DNA of 24,000 bases from Phosphitispora sp. TUW77 (GTDB taxonomy: Bacteria; Bacillota; Thermincolia; Thermincolales; UBA2595): the NCBI RefSeq assembly GCF_048453025.1, contig NZ_CP156677.1, positions 952,613 to 976,612 of the forward strand, written 5' to 3'. Shown one piece after another: positions 15,829-22,973 of this stretch (positions are counted from its first letter, which is position 1; every line of letters begins with the position of its first letter). The notes under the pieces were generated by a model. It was not told the origin of the DNA and did not search any database. It was given only the letters and a program-made list of their open reading frames with translations. Both the position numbers and the translations under genes were made by a program.

Positions 15829-15903
15829 AGTGCCTTAATTGCGAAAATTAATTATAAAGGCACTTTCTGTTTTTTTATTTAAACTTAGCAAAGTTTATTT
15901 TTA
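15829..15903 (+). terminator. Tandem terminator hairpins after the ferredoxin gene
   Basis: Hairpin 1: agtgccttaatt ... aatta(attat)aaggcact (15829-15864, imperfect), followed by ttctgttttttta. Hairpin 2: aaactt-agca-aagttt (15881-15896), followed by atttttat. Confidence 0.6.
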
Positions 15904-15992
15904 TATTAAGGAGGAAAATTAGATTTGGGGAGAGAATAACAATGGCAATGAAAACCATATTTATATAAATGGTTAGTAAGGGGAGAACTGAT

Positions 15993-16394
15993 TTGTATAC
16001 TGACGGCAGGCATCTCAGGTTTAATGTTGTTATTGTTCTTGCTCTATTGAATTCGATAATAACATTAGCTTACTTTGTCCTGGTAGAACAGGGTATCCTT
16101 CAGCCGGCTTGTCTGCCGGAGGGTATCCGGGCAGCTGTATTTCCGATGGTACTTGTGGTTGTGGTTCCTATTGTTCTTGGTTCATATGGCCTGTATATGA
16201 GACGGATGTGGGGGCTGGGGTTTTTTACCATTGGAGGTGGCGGGTTCCTCTTTGCTTCATTAACAGGAATCATTTTTTCCGCAAAAAGTGATGTTTTTGG
16301 AATGTTGTTTTTCCTCTCGCTTTACTTGGTTTTATATAACATTATTGCTAATATTTATATCTGGATTTTTAGGTTTAATCTTAGAGATTTTTAG
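15993..16394 (+). CDS. Hypothetical 4-TM membrane protein
   Basis: Four hydrophobic spans. TTG 15993 has AAGGGGAG 7 nt upstream. The ORF-track ATG at 15969 lacks an SD. Confidence 0.5.
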   Translation: MYTDGRHLRFNVVIVLALLNSIITLAYFVLVEQGILQPACLPEGIRAAVFPMVLVVVVPIVLGSYGLYMRRMWGLGFFTIGGGGFLFASLTGIIFSAKSDVFGMLFFLSLYLVLYNIIANIYIWIFRFNLRDF

Positions 16395-16401
16395 CTAGAA
16401 A

Positions 16402-16429
16402 GTCCTCTGATGAGGCCTTTTTTTCTTTT
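16402..16429 (+). terminator. Weak rho-independent terminator
   Basis: Short stem gtcctc-tgat-gaggcc (one mismatch) followed by tttttttctttt. Confidence 0.4.
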
Positions 16430-16479
16430 ATTATTAAGGTATATGAAGAGACTTATGCAGTAATTTGGGAGGGAACTAT

Positions 16480-16782
16480 GTGGGAATAAAAAAACCTATT
16501 AACCCTAAACTGATTCCATTTATATCTGCTCCATTTTATATTTTTGGCATTTTTCTGGCAGCATTGAATTGGCAGCGCCTGGGGCGCCCTGAAAAAGCGC
16601 GCAGCACTATAAAGTGGGGGATAATCGGCTTAGTTTTGCTAATAATAATTGCCAGTTATTTCCCGTTGCAGCTATTGAAGGAAATGTGGTTTATTGGTGT
16701 GGGAATTAACATAGGCACAGGGATGGCCCTGAAAACCTTGCAAACTATTGAGTGTAGTAAGGGCGTGGAAAGGCCCGAATAA
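16480..16782 (+). CDS. Hypothetical small membrane protein
   Basis: GTG 16480 has GGGAGGG 5 nt upstream. 2-3 TM segments (FISAPFYIFGIFLAAL, GIIGLVLLIIIASYF). No family recognised. Confidence 0.5.
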   Translation: MGIKKPINPKLIPFISAPFYIFGIFLAALNWQRLGRPEKARSTIKWGIIGLVLLIIIASYFPLQLLKEMWFIGVGINIGTGMALKTLQTIECSKGVERPE

Positions 16783-16795
16783 AGAGGTGTTAGCT

Positions 16796-17275
16796 GTGAA
16801 ATTACATTGTTTTTGCCCAGATTTGACAGAGGAACAATTTGATAATATGGATTTAACAGAAATTGATCTCTCGGGGCGGTCCTTTTATATCTCAAAAATG
16901 CCAATGGTATCACACTTCCCCATGAATCCGGAAATCAAAATTCAAAAAACTCTTAAAGAAATAGAGGAAAAGGGATACAGGACGGTATCTCCTCTTTTTG
17001 TGCTTTTTGAGGACGGGCTTTTAATGGGTAATATAATGATTGAAATAGTTAAACCACCTGCAAAGGATAGTAATATCAAAACCTTTAACAAGCTCAGGCT
17101 TATAAGCAAAGCGTATAAAGGCCCTAAGCATTTAGTGCCTAAGGCACTGAAACAGTTTGATGGGTACCTGATCCTTAAACAAATAATCACGGCAGATTTT
17201 TTCTTTTGGTATCATTCATGTAAAGTTTGTGAAAAACAAAAAGGTGGTCGAACAATAATTCTTGCTAAAATATAA
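16796..17275 (+). CDS. Hypothetical cytoplasmic protein with a C-terminal CxxC
   Basis: GTG 16796 has AAGAGGTG 6 nt upstream. The ORF-track start at 16748 would overlap the previous gene. C-terminal segment YHSCKVCEKQKGGRTIILAKI. No confident family. Confidence 0.5.
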   Translation: MKLHCFCPDLTEEQFDNMDLTEIDLSGRSFYISKMPMVSHFPMNPEIKIQKTLKEIEEKGYRTVSPLFVLFEDGLLMGNIMIEIVKPPAKDSNIKTFNKLRLISKAYKGPKHLVPKALKQFDGYLILKQIITADFFFWYHSCKVCEKQKGGRTIILAKI

Positions 17276-17291
17276 AAGGAGCCTGCAGACA

Positions 17292-17936
17292 ATGGAAAAC
17301 TCCGCACCCGGCGTTATTCTTCAAATTTTGAATGAACTATATCCTAATCCACAGCCTGAACTTAATTTTGAAACTCCTTTTCAGTTACTGGTGGCTGCAA
17401 TTCTTTCGGCACAAACAACCGATAAGCAGGTAAATGCCATTACCGCCGGCCTGTTCAGGAAGTATTCTACACCACGGGAGTTTGCTCTTCTTACAGATGA
17501 AGAATTGGAGAAGGAAATTAAGAGCTGTGGATTGTATAAAAATAAGGCCAGAAATATTATTGCAGCCAGCAAAATTTTGTTAGAAAAATATGATTCCCGG
17601 GTGCCTGATGAATTTGCGGCATTGATATCACTCCCGGGAGTTGGGCGGAAGACAGCTAATGTAGTCTTGGCAAATGCCTTTGGAAAAGATGCTATTGCTG
17701 TGGATACACATGTTTTCAGGGTAGCCAACAGGCTGGGCTTAGCTGCTGCCGATACAACTGCAAAAACAGAAGACGACCTGATGAACGTTATCCCTAAGAG
17801 CGATTGGAATAGGGCTCATCACTGGCTGATTTTTCATGGACGCAGGGTTTGCAGGGCACAAAAACCCAAATGTCATGAGTGTCTTCTGAAAGACTACTGC
17901 AAATATTACGCCAGACAAGAAAAAAAGGGATTTTGA
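17292..17936 (+). CDS. nth: Endonuclease III (DNA-(apurinic or apyrimidinic site) lyase / glycosylase)
   Basis: HhH-GPD motifs ILSAQTTDKQVN and LPGVGRKTANVVL, catalytic D in VDTHVFRV, and a C-terminal Fe-S loop CRAQKPKCHECLLKDYC. ATG 17292 has AAAGGAG upstream. Confidence 0.95.
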   Translation: MENSAPGVILQILNELYPNPQPELNFETPFQLLVAAILSAQTTDKQVNAITAGLFRKYSTPREFALLTDEELEKEIKSCGLYKNKARNIIAASKILLEKYDSRVPDEFAALISLPGVGRKTANVVLANAFGKDAIAVDTHVFRVANRLGLAAADTTAKTEDDLMNVIPKSDWNRAHHWLIFHGRRVCRAQKPKCHECLLKDYCKYYARQEKKGF

Positions 17937-18026
17937 AAGAAAAAAATGAATATTGGTATTTGTATCCGGGAACAGCTCATATAATAAAATCATATGGATT
18001 TTGGAGGGATTTTTGGAGGTGCTGTT

Positions 18027-20531
18027 TTGCCGGAAATAAGAGAAGACATGATTACCGGAGATATGGTTTTAATTGCCACGGAAAGGAGTAAAAGGCCCCA
18101 GGATTTTAAATATGCTAATGAAAACTCAAAAGGTAGCAGTGGTTGTGTTTTCTGTTATGGCAATGAGACAGAAACTCCACCTGAGATTTTTGCGTTAAGG
18201 CCTGGTGGAGGACTACCTGACTCTCCTGGATGGATAGTCAGGGCCTTTCCTAACAAGTTTCCTGCTGTAACAGCAGAGGGTAACCCGGACTGTCATTATA
18301 TTGGAGGCAAAAAGGTCTCTAATGCAGTTGGAGCTCATGAGGTCATAGTCGACACACCGAACCATTATGAAACTTTTGGCCAACTATCCGATATCCATGC
18401 CGAACAAGTCATGGAGACAATAGTTTCAAGATACCGTTATTTTTCGGAACTCCCGCAAATTAAGTATATCCAGATTTTTAAAAACAGCGGGGCTGCTGCC
18501 GGGGCATCTCTTGAACACAGTCATTGGCAGTTAATTACGCTTCCTTTGGTTCCTGAAACAGTTGCCAGAGAGATAAAAGTGACAGAAAGGTTTTGGGAAA
18601 ACAATGGAGAATGCGCCTATTGCAGAATGATTTCTGAAGAAATAAAAGATGGTTCCAGGATTATCGAACAAACAAAGGATTTTGTAGTATTAACACCTTT
18701 TGCTTCGCGTTTTCCCTATGAAACATGGATAATTCCCACCAGGCATGAACCATTTCTCGAAAAGCTCAACATTGACGAAATAAAAACACTGGGAAGGATT
18801 CTCAAACGGTCAATAAGAAAGCTTGAGCGAACTCTATGCCGTCCGCCTTATAACCTGATAATTCATGCTTGCCCAACAGGCATACAATGCCATGGGAACC
18901 ATTGGCATATTAAAATCATGCCAAGGATTTCTACTGTAGCAGGTTTTGAAATAGGTTCAGGCATACATATTAACCCTGTGTCACCTGAAGCAGCTGCAGA
19001 TTTGCTTAGAGAAGCTGAGCCTTATATATGTAATGACAGCAGGATGAATGGAGTGAAGCCAATGATTGAAAGAAAAAAACTCAAAATTCTTTATGTGGCA
19101 TCAGAGGTATCCCCTTTTGCTAAAACCGGAGGGCTTGCCGATGTAGCGGGCTCACTGCCACACTCTTTGGCCATGATGGGGCATGATGTTAGAGTAGTAA
19201 TGCCAAGATATAAGATGATATCTCAACAGCTTAATACAATATATGATTTTCCTGTGACAATTAGCGGGCGGAAAGAGGCAGCTATAATCCGTGAGCACCG
19301 TATCTCGTTAGATAATAATGACAGTAATATGATATTACCGGTTTACTTTGTGGATAACTACAATTATTTTGATCGGGATAATCTATACTGTTATTTTGAT
19401 GAGGTGGAACGATTTGCCTTTTTCTGCCGGGCTGTTATAGAAATGCTGCCCGGAATCGGTTTTCAACCTGATATAATTCATTGCAATGACTGGCAAACCG
19501 GCCCGATTCCCATTCTCTTGAAGGAACAGTACAGTGAAAATAATTTTTACCGGAATACTGCTGTTTTATTTACTGTCCACAATATGCATTATCAGGGCAA
19601 TTATCCCAAAGACTGTCTCCGCTTGCTGGGACTTGATGACAAGTACTATAATGCTGAGAGTCTTGAGTTTTATGGGGATATCAGTTTTCTCAAGGCAGGA
19701 CTGGTATATTCAGATATAATTAATACCGTCAGCAGGACTTATGCTAAAGAAATTCAAACACCTGATTATGGTGAACGCATGGATGGACTGCTGCGAAAGC
19801 GTTCTGGTGATTTGTTCGGCATAGTGAACGGTATCGACTATGAAGAATTTGATCCTGCCAAAGATTCTCATCTAGTACAGAATTATGATTATACTTCTGT
19901 TGAACTTAAGCGGAAAAACAAATATTTCCTGCAGAAAGCAATGAAGCTTCCGCAAGGCGACCAGCCGCTTATTGCCCTTGTTTCCAGGCTGGTAGACCAG
20001 AAGGGGCTGGACCTTTTGGCGGAAATTTATGACCGTTTGATTGCTGACGATATCCAGGTAGTGGTCCTAGGGGCAGGGGATCAGTATTATGAAAGTTTTT
20101 TCAAAGAAATGGCCGGAAAATATCCTGATAAAACAGCTGTCCATATCGGGTTTAACGCCTCACTGGCACAACAAATTTATGCAGGGGCTGATATGTTTCT
20201 GATGCCTTCCAGGTTTGAACCGTGCGGACTGGGGCAGCTTATCAGCTTAAGGTATGGTTCAATTCCGATTGTACGAGCGACCGGGGGCCTTGCAGATACA
20301 ATTATGGATTATAATCACGGTGAGCGTACCGGAAATGGTTTTGTTTTTGCAAATTATAGGTCTGAAGAATTGCTGGATGCTGTTCACCGTGCTTTAGATA
20401 TATACCGGAGAAGGCCTGAACTTTGGATGGAACTTGTCAGGAAAGCCATGTCGGAAGATTTTTCCTGGTCTGCCTCAGCCCTCGAATATGTCAGATTATA
20501 TTTCGTTGCATTGGCAAAAAAATCGGATTAA
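18027..20531 (+). CDS. Fusion protein: N-terminal GalT-like HIT-family hexose-1-phosphate nucleotidyltransferase (or NDP-glucose phosphorylase) plus C-terminal glycogen/starch synthase (GT5)
   Basis: GalT part: Zn motif CVFCYGNE, HEVIVDTPNH, active-site HSHWQ (nt 18516-18530) and a C-terminal PEAAADLLRE. GlgA part starts at about nt 19062: KILYVASEVSPFAKTGGLADV (KTGGL at nt 19122-19136), HCNDWQTG, and a C-terminal GT-B half with MPSRFEPCGL. There is no stop between the two parts. TTG 18027 (GGAGGTG 5 nt upstream) is preferred. ATG 17994 is an alternative and would be nearly leaderless behind TATAAT 17980-17985. Confidence 0.85.
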   Translation: MPEIREDMITGDMVLIATERSKRPQDFKYANENSKGSSGCVFCYGNETETPPEIFALRPGGGLPDSPGWIVRAFPNKFPAVTAEGNPDCHYIGGKKVSNAVGAHEVIVDTPNHYETFGQLSDIHAEQVMETIVSRYRYFSELPQIKYIQIFKNSGAAAGASLEHSHWQLITLPLVPETVAREIKVTERFWENNGECAYCRMISEEIKDGSRIIEQTKDFVVLTPFASRFPYETWIIPTRHEPFLEKLNIDEIKTLGRILKRSIRKLERTLCRPPYNLIIHACPTGIQCHGNHWHIKIMPRISTVAGFEIGSGIHINPVSPEAAADLLREAEPYICNDSRMNGVKPMIERKKLKILYVASEVSPFAKTGGLADVAGSLPHSLAMMGHDVRVVMPRYKMISQQLNTIYDFPVTISGRKEAAIIREHRISLDNNDSNMILPVYFVDNYNYFDRDNLYCYFDEVERFAFFCRAVIEMLPGIGFQPDIIHCNDWQTGPIPILLKEQYSENNFYRNTAVLFTVHNMHYQGNYPKDCLRLLGLDDKYYNAESLEFYGDISFLKAGLVYSDIINTVSRTYAKEIQTPDYGERMDGLLRKRSGDLFGIVNGIDYEEFDPAKDSHLVQNYDYTSVELKRKNKYFLQKAMKLPQGDQPLIALVSRLVDQKGLDLLAEIYDRLIADDIQVVVLGAGDQYYESFFKEMAGKYPDKTAVHIGFNASLAQQIYAGADMFLMPSRFEPCGLGQLISLRYGSIPIVRATGGLADTIMDYNHGERTGNGFVFANYRSEELLDAVHRALDIYRRRPELWMELVRKAMSEDFSWSASALEYVRLYFVALAKKSD

Positions 20532-20572
20532 TACAATGGCATAGGAAATATTTAAGGCGGTGAGGGATTATA

Positions 20573-20770
20573 GTGCACCAAAATAAAAATGGTACCGGTA
20601 ATGGAAGAAACCATCCTGCCGGACCTTTGAAGTGTGCCAATTGCTTTGTATGTAAACAGGATACGGAGTTATGCCCTTTGAATGAGAACTATGATCCTGA
20701 TGCCTATCTTAGGTATGAGGCACGTTACTTTGAAAGAAGGAAAGAAAAGAAAAAAACAGCAAAGCCCTAG
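20573..20770 (+). CDS. Small Cys-rich, Lys-tailed hypothetical protein (65 aa)
   Basis: GTG start with GGTGAGGGA 5 nt upstream. CANCFVC....C motif and a basic tail RRKEKKKTAKP. No family recognised. Confidence 0.35.
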   Translation: MHQNKNGTGNGRNHPAGPLKCANCFVCKQDTELCPLNENYDPDAYLRYEARYFERRKEKKKTAKP

Positions 20771-20780
20771 CGCGAAAGTT

Positions 20781-21497
20781 TTAGTGCGGCCAAATTGTAC
20801 TGTTTTTTAGTGCGCTTAGTAAATTATCACGAAGGGACGGACTTAGTTTTTCCCAGCAGGAAATAACTTTTTTCATATCCTGCCTTTTTGTCAGGCCATT
20901 TTCTGGGCAGGGGTTAGGAATAACGGGAAGGGACAGTCTGTTCACCAGTTTTATAATAGTCCTTTCCTCTACATATATCATGGGGCGTATCAGGGTAATA
21001 TCTGCCCTGTCAAGGTACGTCTTAGGCTTGAAAGTTTTTAAACAGCCTTCAAACGACATGCACAGGAGCAGGGTTTCTAGGGCATCATCCAGGTGATGCC
21101 CTAGGGCAATTTTATTACACCCCATTTTTTTGGCAATACCGTGTAATGTTCCCCGCCGCAGTTTTGCGCAAAGTGAACAAGGGTTTGATTCCTGCCTTGT
21201 TTCAAATACAATGGGGCCAATATTGGTTTGTTCAATATGATAAGGGACAGTGAGCTCGGCACAATAGTTTTTCAGTGGTGATAGGTCGCTGCCCCATCCC
21301 ATATCAAGGGAAATGGCGGTTATTTTGAAGCTGACCGGGGAAAACTTCTGCCATTCAGTCATAACATATAGGAGTGCGGCACTGTCTTTGCCGCCGGAAA
21401 TCCCTACTGCAATATGGTCCCCTTCCTCAATAAGCCTGAAATCTTCGTTGGCTTTTCCAATTCGCTGCCACAACTCTTTTCGATAAATGCGCTTCAA
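20781..21497 (-). CDS. ttcA: PP-loop ATPase, TtcA-family tRNA 2-thiolation protein
   Basis: PP-loop GISGGKDS, CSLCAKLRRG and a C-terminal PNPCPENG Cys motif. Its TTG start overlaps the upstream TGA stop (TTGA). Confidence 0.8.
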   Translation of the reverse strand: MKRIYRKELWQRIGKANEDFRLIEEGDHIAVGISGGKDSAALLYVMTEWQKFSPVSFKITAISLDMGWGSDLSPLKNYCAELTVPYHIEQTNIGPIVFETRQESNPCSLCAKLRRGTLHGIAKKMGCNKIALGHHLDDALETLLLCMSFEGCLKTFKPKTYLDRADITLIRPMIYVEERTIIKLVNRLSLPVIPNPCPENGLTKRQDMKKVISCWEKLSPSLRDNLLSALKNSTIWPH

Positions 21498-22798
21498 TGT
21501 ATGATTTCCGCCAGAACCTGGTTAAATTCATCCATAAAAATTATTGAATTAATAGGTTTGTCTGGAATTGGAACTTTGACCATTGAGTAGGGATAAGTAA
21601 TCATTTCAATAACCATGGCATTTTTTGCCGGATCAGTCCTGGTGGTCCAAACCCTATATGTGATTCCTTTCTCATTGCTGACTGTGGATACTTTCGTTAT
21701 ATCTACAGTATAGCCCCCGGTCTTTTTCTCTCCACGGGTGACAAGGAAATAAAGGTTATTATCAAATAATGTGGCAAGGTAATTTTCTGAAGCCTTATTT
21801 GTGTTAGCCCATTGCTCAAGTTGGGGCAGGGTACAATCATTTACAGGTATAATTGAAACAGGTGTGCCGTTATCCGGAATAATTGACTCGGCTATTATTA
21901 CTGTCAGGCTGTTATCCTTAGAAATGTTAACCTTAATGTAAGTACCGGAAGTTAATTGTTCAATTGAAGCCGGTTTGTCATTCAGGTAAACCAGAAAATG
22001 TCCGGACAGCTTAACTTGGCGAATATTGCCCGCTGCATCACTGATATCAATAATATCTTTTTTAGGTTCAATATTTTTAATAAATCCTGTGATACTGTCT
22101 GAGTTTAAATGGAGTGCAATATGGCTCAGCACTACTGCCATTTCAGCCCGTGACAACGGTGTGTCAGGCTGAAATCTACCATCAGGGAAGCCGTTCATAA
22201 TTTTGTATTCACATGCCAGTGAGACATATCCTATTATATTCTCTTCGATTTTTTGGGAATCCGAAAAAGGCAGAACAGTGTTGGTTTTCTTCCGTGCCAG
22301 TTTTGTAAGGCCCAGGCTTCTGACTGCAAACACAGCTGCTTCCTCCCTGGTAAGGGGCTGCTGCAGAGATGCTTTCTGCAATTCACTGTATAGGAGAAGT
22401 TCCTGTTTTAAAGCTAAAGCTACATAACTAATTGCCCACTCGGGAATATTGAAGTTTATTTGCAGATACTTATTTGAACTAATATCAACTTCTGCTGGGT
22501 CGTAATTTAACAATTTCCCCAAAACAACTACTGCTTCAAGCATTGTTATCGGTTTATTCGGCTTGAACGTTGAATCCGGGTAGCCATCAATAACACCTTT
22601 AGCGTACATTTCAGCAATTGCTGCCTCAGCCCAGTTGTTTTTGGCATCACTGAATGGAAATGGGTCCGGAGCTGATTGAGAAATTACTGACGACAGATTA
22701 AATTCATGAATATATGAAAAAGAAAACCCTGTCGTGAAAAAACAGGAAGCCATTAGAGAAAAAACCGTGAATATGGATACTATTTTGGTTCGAAGCAT
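21494..22798 (-). CDS. SLH-domain cell-wall protein with a C-terminal PrcB-like domain
   Basis: Signal peptide, then three SLH repeats (F.D......WA...I......G...GY.DG.F.P....TR.E). The C-terminal FLVTRGEKKTGGYTVDITKV resembles the PrcB C-terminal domain. The start is re-called to ATG 22798 (GGGAGG 9 nt upstream) from 22843. Confidence 0.8.
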   Translation of the reverse strand: MLRTKIVSIFTVFSLMASCFFTTGFSFSYIHEFNLSSVISQSAPDPFPFSDAKNNWAEAAIAEMYAKGVIDGYPDSTFKPNKPITMLEAVVVLGKLLNYDPAEVDISSNKYLQINFNIPEWAISYVALALKQELLLYSELQKASLQQPLTREEAAVFAVRSLGLTKLARKKTNTVLPFSDSQKIEENIIGYVSLACEYKIMNGFPDGRFQPDTPLSRAEMAVVLSHIALHLNSDSITGFIKNIEPKKDIIDISDAAGNIRQVKLSGHFLVYLNDKPASIEQLTSGTYIKVNISKDNSLTVIIAESIIPDNGTPVSIIPVNDCTLPQLEQWANTNKASENYLATLFDNNLYFLVTRGEKKTGGYTVDITKVSTVSNEKGITYRVWTTRTDPAKNAMVIEMITYPYSMVKVPIPDKPINSIIFMDEFNQVLAEIIH

Positions 22799-22973
22799 TG
22801 GGCGAGGCCTCCCTTCTATTAAAATAATGGTTAATATAAACATCGAAGCCAGAAAATGTTTTCTGGGGGTAATTTTATTATTTTAGAAACTAAAACAGAA
22901 TAAAAACCCTCAGGTTTTCACAATCTAAGATAAGGCTATTCTTTAGCAAAAACCATTTTTTGGAGGAAAAAAT

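Noticed and set aside
22785-22797. ggttcgaag, a T-loop-like string suggestive of a tRNA
   Set aside because: No acceptor or anticodon arms can be drawn around it, and it lies in the signal-peptide codons of the SLH gene.
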